Source: Macrostomum lignano | Lineage: Eukaryota | Direction of reading: 5' to 3' | Length of the DNA stretch: 64,000 nucleotides | NCBI GenBank assembly: GCA_002269645.1 | Contig: NIVC01001838.1 | Coordinates: 1-64,000, forward strand | Shown here: piece after piece, positions 23,019 to 35,100 of the stretch | How positions within the stretch are numbered: position 1 is the first letter of the stretch | How the letters are laid out: the number at the start of each line of letters is the position of its first letter | The notes under the pieces: model-generated | The model's database searches: none | What the model saw: the letters and a program-made list of their open reading frames with translations, nothing else | Told to the model about the DNA's origin: nothing | Program-made: the position numbers and the translations under genes

Positions 23019-26000
23019 CTACCATGCCCGCTGTTGTAAAAGTTGTCGGGCAGCAGCTGACGGCCTGAACCTGGCTCTGCGGCTCAGCTGCTCGCTCTGA
23101 GCGGTCGACGCCGCTGATGACATTCTAAAGCTACTGCTCACGGTGTCGTCACCGTCTGCAGGGATTTGACGACCGCCGTAATTGGACCGCTGCCGCCTGC
23201 TGCTCCTGATTCGTCTGCGTCCATTGCACAGTGCAGTATCTGCTGTTTTACCGCTGCCGCTGCCGCCGCCGCTGCTCAGCTTGCAGATCTCCGGCGTTTT
23301 CAATCGGCCCAGTCGGCCAAGTCGGCGATCCGCTACTGTGGTGACTGTGGGAACAGCTGACGGCCTGCCGGCTTGCGCTAGCAGCCTTTCGTACTGCAGT
23401 CTGCAGCTCTTCGCCTTCATTGGGTTAGTAGACTGCTCGGCAGTGACGATAGTCTGCAGCTGGTCCTGATCGGAGCTCAAGACATCCTCCAATTCGTCAT
23501 CGCTGGCATATTGGTGTTCGTATCGCGGCCGCCGTTGCTGCTGCTGCTGCTCCTCCTCCTGCTGCTGCTGCTGCTGTTGTCGCCTTTCCTGTCGTCGCCG
23601 CGTTCTCTGATGCCGCAGTACCAGTTGCTGCTGCTGTTGCTGCTGTTGCTGGTGAACAGACTCAAAATTACTGCATTGCTGTTCATCGTACGAGGCTTGG
23701 CCAGTTGAGCTCCTGTGAAAAATGCATGCGGTCGAGTTTTTTTTAATTTGAGCGGAATATTTTCTTGTTGAACTTTTCTTCCAGATCCTTCAGGTGGGTC
23801 TGTATTCCTTCCTGATCCTTCAGGTGGGTCTGTATTCCTTCCTGATCCTTCAGGTGGGTCTGTATTCCTTCCAGATACTTCAGGTGGGTCTGTATTCCTT
23901 CCTGATCCTTCAGGTGGGTCTGTATTCCTTCCTGATCCTTCAGGTGGGTCTGTATTCCTTCCTGATCCTTCAGGTGGGTCTGTATTCCTTCCAGATACTT
24001 CAGGTGGGTCTGTATTCATTTCAGATCCTTCAGGTGGGTCTGTATTCATTTCAGATCCTTCAGGTGGGTCTGTATTCCTTCCAGATCCTTTAGGTGGGTC
24101 TGTATTCCTTCCAGATCCTTCAGGTGGGTCTGTTTCCCTTCCAGATACTTCAGGTAGGTCTGTATTCCTTCCAGATACTTCAGGTGGGTCTGTATTCCTT
24201 CCTGATCCTTCAGGTGGGTCTGTATTCCTTCCAGATACTTCAGGTGGGTCTGTATTCCTTCCAGATACTTCAGGTGGGTCTGTATTCCTTCCAGATCCTT
24301 CAGGTGGGTCTGTATTCCTTCCAGATACTTCAGGTGGGTCTGTATTCCTTCCAGATACTTCAGGTGGGTCTGTATTCCTTCCTGATCCTTCAGGTGGGTC
24401 TGTATTCCTTCCAGATACTTCAGATGGGTCTGTATTCCTTCCAGATACTTCAGGTGGGTCTGTATTCCTTCCAGATACTTCAGGTGGGTCTGTATTCCTT
24501 CCAGATACTTCAGGTGGGTCTGTATTCCTTCCAGATACTTCAGGTGGGTCTGTATTCCTTCCAGATACTTCAGGTGGGTCTGTATTCCTTCCAGATACTT
24601 CAGGTGGGTCTGTATTCCTTCCAGATACTTCAGGTGGGTCTGTATTCCTTCCAGATCCTTCAGGTGGGTCTGTATTCCTTCCAGATCCTTCAGGTGGGTC
24701 TGTATTCCTTCCAGATTCTTCAGGTGGGTTTTCATTTCTTCCAGATCCTTCAGGTGGGTCTGTATTCCTTCCAGATCCTTCAGGTGGGTCTGTATTCATT
24801 TCAGATCCTTTAGGTGGGTCTGTATTCCTTCCAGATCCTTCAGGTGGGTCTGTATTCCTTCCTGATCCTTCAGGTGGGTCTGTTTCCCTTTCAGATCCCT
24901 CAGATGGGTCTTCTTGCCTTCTAGATCCCTCAGATGGGTCTTCTTGCCTTCTAGATCCGTCAGGTGGGTCTGTATTCCTTCCAATTCATTCAGGTGGATC
25001 TGTTTCCCTTAAATATTCTTCAGGTTGGTCTGTAGCTCTTCCAGATTCTTCAGGTGGGTCTGTATTCCTTCTAGATCCTTCAGGTGGGTCTGTATTCCTT
25101 CTAGATCCTTCAGGTGGGTCTGTATTCCTTCTAGATCCTTCAGGTGGGTCTGTATTCCTTCTAGATCCTTCAGGTGGGTCTGTATTCCTTCTAGATCCTT
25201 CAGGTGGGTCTGTATTCCTTCTAGATCCTTCAGGTGGGTCTGTATTCCTTCTAGATCCTTCAGGTGGGTCTGTATTCCTTCTAGATCCTTCAGGTGGGTC
25301 TGTATTCCTTCTAGATCCTTCAGGTGGGTCTGTATTCCTTCTAGATCCTTCAGGTGGGTCTGTATTCCTTCTAGATCCTTCAGGTGGGTCTGTATTCCTT
25401 CCAGATTCTTCAGGTCGGGCTTTATTCCTTCCAGCTCATTCAGGTGGTCTGTATTCCTTCCTGCAGATCCTTCAGGTGGATCTGTTTCCCTTCCAGATCC
25501 TCCAGGTGTGTCTGTATTCCTTCCAGATCCTTCAGGTGGGTCAGCTGTATTCCTTCAAGAATCTTTATGTGGGTCTTTATTCCTACCAGATTCTTCATGT
25601 TGGTCTTTATTCCAATTCCAGATTCTTATTCTTTTAGGTTCTGCCCTCGTCTCCATATCATACACGCGAGTCTCCACAATAGGAGCCCTTCATATACCCG
25701 TAGTAAGTAAGCCCCTAAATGTTTAGGATTGAGGCCAATAAAAGATATTTAGTCCAGCAGTACCTGGAGGACGCTAGCGGTTGTTGCTGCTGCTGAACAA
25801 GCTGTCGAATTGATGTTGGCGTCACCTGCACGCCGTCAGCTGAGTACTGCGCCAAGCACTGCTGGCACTGCCAGCCCGCCGGCGGCCGAGCTGCCGGCAT
25901 CGTCGGACTCTGCTGCTCAGAGCAACATGGAATCTCAGAGCAGTCGCCTTCACCATCGTGTCCGGCTCGGCTCGCCAAGCTTTGATCCCGGATGTCGCTG

Positions 26001-26245
26001 CAGTCCGCCGTCAGGCGCCGAGGCGTCCATCGGCATCGGCTCTGATTGGCGTAGATCGAACATCCGGCAGCGTTGTCGTCGTCGCCCTCTTCGTTCGCTG
26101 TCGCCGTTTCGCCGGACTGAGTGCCGCAGGCCGACGCGTGGTTGATCATCCTGACTGGACTCGGCTGGACCTGACAGTTGGCGTTGGAGACTGCGGAGGA
26201 GGTCAGGGGCGCCATCAAGATTCTCAATTCAGCGTCATAGTTCAT
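23019..26245 (-). CDS. Uncharacterised low-complexity, Q/S-rich protein. Exons 26245-25764 and 23712-23019 (391 aa if ATG 26245 is the start)
   Basis: Phase-2 GT-AG intron joins ...LASSR to SSTGQASYDEQQ... in frame (482+694 nt). GC-rich coding-like composition. Minus-strand AATAAA at about 22995. No recognisable domain. Confidence 0.7.
23777..25560. repeat. 30-bp intronic minisatellite (gatccttcaggtgggtctgtattccttcca)
   Basis: Directly visible, filling the 23713-25763 intron. Confidence 0.97.
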
Positions 26246-26346
26246 TATTTATAGTAACCTGGAATCGATCGATAACTGTTACTATTCGCAATGTTGAGCT
26301 ATAGACAGGCCTCCTCACCTGTCAGCTTTACCTTCCAAACATTCAT

Positions 26347-27515
26347 ATGAATCAATCCCCCTACCCACCTGTCCACTTCCCCCTACCCAATCTGTCCACT
26401 CCCCCTACCCACCTGTCCACTTCCCCCTACCCAATCTGTCCACTTCCCCCTACCCAATCTGTCCACTCCCCCTACCCACCTGTCCACTTCCCCTACCCAA
26501 TCTGTCCACTTCCCCCTACCCACCTGTCCACTTCCCCCTACCCACCTGTCCACTTCCCCCTACCCAATCTGTCAACTCCCCCTACCCACCTGTCCACTTC
26601 CCCCTACCCAATCTGTCCACTTCCCCCTACCCAATCTGTCCACTTCCCCCTGCCCACCTGTCCACTTCCCACTACCCACCTGTCCACTTCCCGCTACCCA
26701 CCTGTCCACTTCCCCCTACCCAATCTGTCCACTCCCCCTACCCACCTGTCCACTTCCCCCTACCCAATCTGTCCACTCCCCCTACCCACCTGTCCACTTC
26801 CCCCTACCCAATCTGTCCACTCCCCCTACCCATCTGTGCACTTCCCCCCACCCAATCTGTCCACTTCCCCCTACCCAATCTGTCCACTCCCCCTACCCAC
26901 CTGTCCACTCCCCCTACCCACCTGTCCACTTCCCCCTACCCAATCTGTCCACTTCCCCCTACCCAATCTGTCCACTTCCCCAACCCAATCTGTCCACTCC
27001 CCCTACCCAATCTGTCCACTCCCCCCTACCCAATCTGTCCACTCCCCCCTATCCAATCTGTCCACTTCCCCCTATCCAATCTGTCCACTCCCCCCTACCC
27101 AATCTGTCCACTTCCCTCAACCTAATCTGTCCACTCCCCCTACCCAATCTGTCCACTCCCCCCTACCCAATCTGTCCACTTCCCCCAACCCAATCTGTCC
27201 ACTTCCCCAACCCAATCTGTCCACTCCCCCTACCCAATCTGTCCACTCCTCCCTACCCAATCTGTCCACTTCCCCCAACCCAATCTGTCCACTTCCCCCA
27301 ACCCAATCTGTCCACTCCCCCTACCCAATCTGTCCACTTCCCCCAACCCAATCTGTCCACTCCCCCTACCCAATCTGTCCACTCCCCCTACCCAATCTGT
27401 CCACTCCCCCTACCCAATCTGTCCACTCCCCCTATCCAATCTGTCCACTCCCCCTATCCAATCTGTCCACTTCCCACAACCCAATATGTCCACTTCCCCC
27501 TACCCACCTGTCCAC
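26347..27515. repeat. About 23-bp tandem repeat (ccctacccaatctgtccacttcc)
   Basis: Directly visible. Confidence 0.95.
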
Positions 27516-27949
27516 TATCACCTGTTCACTAAGAAAATATTATGCAAGGCTGTTTTTTTTCATTTTTCTTCAGTCATTCATTCGTTGCCTTTATTCCAAC
27601 TGGAAGCTACACGAAATATAATACTGCTACAGTGCGGATCGCTGTAAATCTTACGAGAACTCATAGAAAGCGCCCAGCTACCTCAGGCCCTGCATATACA
27701 AAGTTGCAGGAAGCCTGATGTAAAGCCTTAGGCGATATCGTCCCTACAACCCCAGCGCTGAGGTAGTTATGTCCATTTCGAGCTTATGAAGTTTTGACGT
27801 TGTGAAATTTTCGAGTTTGTGAACCCCCCCCCCCCTCCTGAGCACATGCAAGCGCGCCAATGCTGTACACAAGCATGTACTCATACACGCATACAGGCAT
27901 GTACACTATCTGTGCCTTGGGGGGTTTGGCCGATATTTTGTGCACAAAC

Positions 27950-28015
27950 TCCAAATAAATGTGACCTGTACACAGAATCGAACCAGGGCTCGTGGCGGGA
28001 CGCGTTATTAGCGGC
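27950..28015 (-). mobile_element. tRNA-derived SINE-like fragment (second copy)
   Basis: Minus strand reads ccctGGTTCGATTCtgtgtacaggtcacatttatttggag. Confidence 0.5.
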
Positions 28016-28019
28016 TTAC

Positions 28020-29245
28020 ACAGTCCGGACGGGTGACTCGGAGCGCGCACTGGCTGGCACTGCCTTGTTGACCTGTCGCTCAAAGCTGCAAAAGCGGTCC
28101 TGTTGCCAGCGTAGCAGCTCATGGACTCCGCCGAACCTGCGGCGAATAATTCCTGCCGCTGAATCGCCTGCCGTCGACCGCCGCTTTTTCGACGTTTCTG
28201 GTGTCGCAGGCGACGCTCGCTGGGGAAATAATGCGACAGGCTGGAGTCCTGCGACACGGCGTCCGACGCGCAGCTGCGAACGTCGTCCGAGACAACCGAG
28301 CAGTCGTCCGAGGCTCGCAGGTCTGCCGCTTGCGCGTCTGGGTTATGCAGAGGGTTGGGGTGATAATTGAGGACTGCATGTACTTTGTACTAATTTGTTT
28401 CTTAGAAAATCATTACCACACTGGGTTTACGCGAATATTACAGAGGCAGATTCATACCTATGTGGGCCAACCTCCAGGGCACCGAAAGTGTACATGCCTG
28501 ACGATTAGAAAGTCGGGGCCGCTTGTGAGTTTGTGTACATGTACTGTATAAATGCCTGAATGTGTACCGGTATTGGCGCGCTTGTACTATATGTGCTCAC
28601 AGGGGCGTCGCCATGGATTTTATGGTGGGGGGGGACAAAGCCTAGACTTCAACATGTACATGAGAAAAATCCTACATTTCCATTATTTTTAGAATCGTGG
28701 TTGTCAGCACTCATTTTGACGCCGCAGGCACTCATTTTGGCGCCGCAGGCACTCATTTTGGCGCCGCAGGCACTCATTTTGGTGCCGAATGTGTTCGGCA
28801 CCAAAGGCACCCCTGTGAATTGTCAGGGGTGCCTTTGCGTCCGAATGGGCGAGCATTGCAAAAACCATGTATACAAGTCTTAAATTGCAGTGTTGTGGCC
28901 GTGAACAAAACCGGAACCTGCATGCATGGGTACTTTTTTCGCGATCGGACGACTATAAAAGTCCGAACACATCAACCGCTGAGCTACCCTGCCTGCGAAA
29001 CAGCCGACAGCAGTTTAAATAATTTGCTCACCCGGATGCAGGCAGTGCGACTGTGCAGCGCGGTGCTGTCTGCATGGGCCCAGCGAGTCCCACGAGTGAG
29101 TAGGCGCCTTGACAATTGTCTTTGAAGCGCAACGAATTCGATCACTGGACGGCATCGCGTTTTGTTCCGAGTCAAGCTTTGGCAGCGTGTGGTCGCTGTA
29201 GCGGCTGCCTTTCTTTAGAGCCAGCAGCAGACAGTGGGTGCTCAT
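28020..29245 (-). CDS. Two probable coding exons (29245-29032, 28337-28020) of unknown function; link to the 23-26 kb gene unresolved
   Basis: ATG ORF with a phase-1 donor (gtgagc) joins in frame to an exon reading DAQAADLRASDD...RHQKRRKSGG, ending at a gtaagc donor. I found no clean in-frame acceptor into the 26245 exon. Confidence 0.45.
28600..28800 (+). mobile_element. MITE-like repeat (CAGGGGCGTCGCC family) with an internal 21-bp tandem repeat
   Basis: Starts CAGGGGCGTCGCCATGGATTTT. The unit gcactcattttggcgccgcag (about 3.5 copies) matches the reverse complement of sequence at about 15565. Right end not defined. Confidence 0.55.
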
Positions 29246-32171
29246 AACGACTGGGTCCTATAGACTGCAATGATTTGTCATCTGACGTTTAAGTAGCGCG
29301 GTCTTGGATATGTAATGCACAGAAACTATTATACGTGTAACATTTGGCTGTGTTGCTGTTGTCAATAACATCAATTAGAAGCAATTGAAAATGTCTATGG
29401 TCGAAGCATGGCTAGAGGCGTAGCCAGCAATTTTTGGTGGTGGGAGCAGTGTGTATTAGAGAGAGGTGCCTGCTACATGTATTTTTGGAACCGCCGTTGT
29501 ATGGATATTTTAATGACGGGGCGCCATTTATTTAAGAGTGGGCGCCAGCACCAGGCAGCGCGGATGCCTCAGCTTATGATATCTTGTCCGTGCATAGCAA
29601 CGCCCGGCCCCTGTTCGATGCTGCCCTTCAAGTCTTTTTTATCAATGATACAGTACATTCAAGGACAACAGTGGTGCTTGGATATTTCATGTACATGCAC
29701 TCGCAGCAACTCACACAACATATGCATACTCAATACAACACACAAGAGTTTACATTTTACGTGTAGAAAATTTTATAAAATAATTATAATTCATAATTAT
29801 GTGTATATTCACACAACAAAAAATATAATCTAATAGCTACATGTTCCATACGCAGCACAGTAACATAGTACATGTCAAGCTAATACATATATTATGTTAT
29901 TATGTACTTGTACGTGTGTACTGTGGGTATCTGGAAATGTATATTACAGCTGTATAGAGTATTATTACATGTGCACATGTGTATGTGTAGGCCCAGCACA
30001 CAAAATCTAAATTACAAGGCCAGGCCGCTTTATAATGGTACACACACAGTCGCATTTAATAGTTACATACATGTTATGCATCATGCAGTTACGCGTTGAT
30101 AAGTGAACTGGCTGTCCATTCGTGAATTTGGGAATTCAGAAATAGACATTTTGGGAATTGTGAATTGTGAATTGCAATTGTGAATTGTACTTGTGAATCA
30201 TGTTCTAGTAGTAGTGTTGTATGTATGACAGTTTAACATGTATGGCAAAAACTCGCCAAAAAATTCAGTTTGCACTTATAGATGCTTAGGTGTTATATAT
30301 TATCCTTAAAATATACTACTGTATCCTCTTAGTGTAAACCATTTTACACTAAAGATTCTGCTCGTGGACATCGATACATATTTCAATGCGAATTCAGTGT
30401 TAAGCTAAATACGCTGAAGAAAAATTTAAAAAATTATTAAAAATACGAATATTTTCTATTTTACAATTCTTTAGATAAAAAATTGTTACAGAAAGTCGAG
30501 TTTTTTGTTATTACCAAACAATAAAAAACTTTCTTTGAAAGTGCAGGGCGTGCGAATGAATGCAACTTGACAAGTCCTCCAGTTGGTGGTACGTTAACTG
30601 CAATGCATATGGTATGGTGGCTGCGGGCGCCCTAAGGAGATATATTTTAGACGTTATGTATGCACACTGAAAGAAAAACATTTTTGTGGCACTACCTAAA
30701 TACATTTATTTTATATGAAATCACTTCTTATAAAAGAAGTTTTGATTTTTATATGTAGAGATTACAGGTCTCTATACTAATACTAGTTAGTAGGCCTAAC
30801 CATAATAATAATATGGGCTTATTTATTGAAGTTTTTGTGTTTACAATTTTTATAAAAAATATGCAATCAGCCCTAGCCCCATCTTAAAGGACAAACTGAC
30901 CCAAATTTTCTTTTCGCTTATTGGTAGATAACAAAGTGACTAGACAGACCTGGTCAGTGGTCAATTCAGGCATGCACTTGGCATTTTGTCAACTACTTAC
31001 TGGCTGATGCTAGTGCCCTGGACTCTTCTGGCAGTGGCAGTGTGGCCTAAATTTGCGCCTAGGCCCTGAGATGGGTGTAAGACCCTCCTTGGCCTTTGGC
31101 TATTCTCTCTTGTCTTACATGTTACTCCCTGCTACAGGCTAGCAACAATAGGCCTAGGGTCTAATAAAACAGACACAGCAACACTTTCTAGCCTATGTCT
31201 TAGAAATCTATGTCTTTCTATTCTATAGTATGCATGCACAGCTAGTATGTATAGAATCATGTGGAAAAGTTATTGTAAAGTAGAAAAAAGATAAAAAAGT
31301 TCATTTTTAATCATAAATTTCAAGCTTTCCAGATTTTTAAGCTCATAATAAAGCATTTAAACAAATCTTTGCATGCATCAATTTTCTACTATACATAGTA
31401 TTGCCAAAAAAGCAGAAAAATTAACCAAATGACTTGCCAAAAAGGGTCTATTATGCAATTCAAAAAGGTCATTTAAAGGTCATTTATTGTCATAATGTAA
31501 AAATGGTCATTTACTAGCTATATAGCGTTTGCCTATAGGTGCTTTACTATCTAGCAAATTGCTGCTTCTATTAATTAATTTTTGGTTCCTCTTTCTCTTG
31601 TTTTTTTCTTTTTGGTAGAAAATTTAGTCTATATTATATAAAAATCACTAAATGTTCTATTATTGTTTCAATTAATGTGATAAATTATGCAAAAGTGCCA
31701 GAAAAATTCTAGTATCTTCTGTGTCTTCTAAAGCATGCTGTCGTACCTCAAAGTTTATTTTTTTACTTGGTATAGTGTGTGCAATTGGTTTAAGCCTTAT
31801 TTGTTCTAGCATATATACAGCATGATCAGTTAATGTGGCTATTGCCCTACATGTATATTCTAATTGTTGTGTCTGTTCTATGTATTGGGAATATGAAAAG
31901 GATTGCTTTCAAGAAAAATTTTATAAATATTATGATTGAATTTTGAATTTTTACATGTTTAGTTATATAACTTTATCATTTCTATGATTCTATATTTATT
32001 TGACTTTCTCTATATGACCTATTGTCACCTTGGTTCACCTGTTGACTCAATGTTGGTTTCAATTATTAATATTGAATCATTAACTGGATAATAACAGCAG
32101 GGAATGCTTGTTTTCTTGATCTCAATGATTTGAATACCATTTATAATTTGCTATTTGCAGCTAGAACAAAA

Positions 32172-35100
32172 ATGGATGCAAAACAAGAAACAATATCCGT
32201 AGTGGTTCGTTTAAGACCCCTAATAGAGCGGGAGCTAAACAGCTGCTGCAAAGAGGAGTGGCTAGCTGAAGACTCTACAGTAAGAACTGCCGATGGCACC
32301 AAGAGGTTCTGCTTTGGTAAGCTTTAGTATCCGTGATGTTTATTTAATACCTGTTTCACTTATTTATAATCACATGTGGTGGTCTCCCGCAGATGGTGTC
32401 TATGGCAAATCTCACCAGACCCAAGCCTTGTACACGCAAGCTGTCAAGCCGATAGTAACATCCTGCATGGAGGGCGTCAGCGGTACAGTATTTGCCTACG
32501 GCCAGACCTCCAGCGGCAAGACGCACACAATGTATGGCAGCGTGCAAGATCCTGGCGTCATTGTGCTAGCCTTGAGAGATATATTTGCACTGCAGGTAAC
32601 TAGGATTCATCACTAATCATTAAATAGTTAAGCTTGTTAATTGCTTTTTTAATGTCGTATTGTGTTTCTGGTACGCTTGTACAAGAGCCATTTTATCACT
32701 TTTTCCATCTGTAACCTGTTGTCACTAACAAATTGATACTGTCTTCCACCACGCCAGGAAATGGCTACGGAGCGTGAATTTCTTGTCAGCATTTCCTTCT
32801 TAGAGATTTACAATGAGAGAGTGATCGATCTGCTCTCAAACGATCCGGACAAGAAGGTCTCCGTTATCATCGAGCGCACCAAGTCAACGCTGCGCAACGT
32901 CAAAGAGGAGATTGTGACTAGCGTTGATGAAGTGCTTAATCTGCTTAGCAAGGGCGAAGGTTAGACTTTTGGGATTAGTGTTGATTGTTCGCCAAGTTAT
33001 TAAACATTTTACTCTCCCGGATTCTCAGTTGCTGGGCCAGCCTCCCAGATCCTCAGTTGCTGGGCCAGCCTCCAGATCCTCAGTTGCTGGGCCAGCCTCC
33101 CAGATCCTCAGTTACTGGGCCAGCCTCCCAGATCTTCAGTTGCTGGGCCAGCCTCCAGATCCTCAGTTGCTGGGCCAGCCTCCCAGATCCTCAGTTGCTG
33201 GGCCAGCCTCCCAGATCCTCAGTTGCTGGGCCAGCCTCCAGATCCTCAGTTGCTGAACCAGCCTCTCAGATCCTCAGTTGCTGGGCCAGATTTCCAGATC
33301 CTCAGTTGCTGGGTCAGCCTCCCAGATCCTCAGTTGCTGGACCAGATTTCCAGATCCTCAGTTGCTGGGCTAGCCTCTCAGACCCTCAGTTACTGAGCCA
33401 GCCCCCAGATCCTCAGTTGCTGGGCCAGCCTCGCAGATCCTCAGTTACTGGGCCAGCCTCCCAGATCCTCAGTTACTGGGCCAGCCTCCCAGATCCTCAG
33501 TTGCTGAACCAGCCTCTCAGATCCTCAGTTGCTGGGCCAGATTTCCAGATCCTCAGTTGCTGGGTCGCCAGCCTCTCAGATCCTCAGTTGCTGGACCAGC
33601 CTCTCAGATCCTTTATTACGTTTACATGTAAATGTGATGAATGCTTAGCCATTAATGACCCCCACCCCCTACAGCCCAGAGACACATCGGCGAGACCAAC
33701 ATGAACGAGCGTTCAAGCCGATCCCACACCATCTTGCGGCTGGCCATCGAGTCCCGCTGTCGCGAGGAGGACGGTGTCATCTGGAACTCCGTGCTGGTTT
33801 GTCTTGACGATATTGCTGACAGTTGATGATCAGCTGATCAGAACACCAGATTCCACAACAGATCTATCAGATTCCACAACAGATCTATCAGATTCCACAA
33901 CAGATCTATCAGATTCCACAGCATATCTATCAGATTCCACAACAGATGTATCAGATTCCACAGCAGATGTATCAGAGTCCACAACAGATCTATCAGATTC
34001 CACAGCATATCTATCAGATTCCACAGCATATCTATCAGATTCCACAGCATATCTATCAGATTCCACAACAGATCTATCAGAGTCCACAGCATATCTATCA
34101 GATTCCACAGCATATCTATCAGATTCCACAGCATATCTATCAGATTCCACAACAGATCTATCAGAGTCCACAGCATATCTATCAGATTCCACAACAGATC
34201 TATCAGAGTCCACAACAGATCTATTAGATTCCACAGCATATCTATCAGATTCCACAACAGATCTATCAGAGTCCACAGCATATCTATCAGATTCCACAAC
34301 AGATCTATCAGAGTCCACAACAGATCTATTAGATACCATAGCAGATCTATCAGAGTCCACAACAGATCTATTAGATACCACAACAGATCTATCAGATTCC
34401 ACAACAGATCTATTAGATACCATAGCAGATCTATCAGATTTCACAATAATTCCGCAAATATTTAAGACTATAATTTAGCTCAGCCTTTCAAATGCAACAA
34501 AACTACTTGAAGTAGATAACGCTTGCAAATTGCCTTAATTTTCACTCAGAATCTTGTCGACTTAGCTGGATCGGAACGCGTATCGGAATCCGGCGCATCC
34601 GGCACTACGCTGAAAGAGGCGTGCAACATCAACTCCAGCCTGTCCAGCCTGTGCCTTGTCATCAGGCAGCTATCTGAGAACTCTTCGTGAGTAGGCTAAG
34701 ATGCTGCTTTCTGGATTGAATGCTCAGCGCATGATTCATAACTTATTACACTTGCCACTTTTTTAAAGTCATGTTTAAAACTCGATTCTTTTTCTAGCTA
34801 TATATCATTTCGCGATAGCAAACTGACCAGCATCCTGATGTCGAGTCTGGGCGGCAATTCAAGAACATTAATTGTTTGCAACATCACGCCTGCCGTGTAC
34901 GACCAATCGCAGCGGACTCTGAATGTAAGTTTTGCCTCTGCTGGATTCATAGTTGCTCTGTTAAATCTCAACCCAGTTCCGCAGAAATCCAAACTGATTC
35001 CACAGAAACCCGAACTGATTCCACACAAATCCGAAACCAGTTCCACACGAATCCAAACCCAGTTCCACAGAAATCCAAACCCAGTTCCACAGAAATCCAA

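Noticed and set aside
23477-24799. 440-aa NTDPPEGSGR repeat ORF, apparently mucin-like
   Set aside because: It lies inside a GT-AG intron that joins the flanking exons in frame. The repeat frame has a stop near 25556, and other frames are equally open, as expected for a 30-bp unit.
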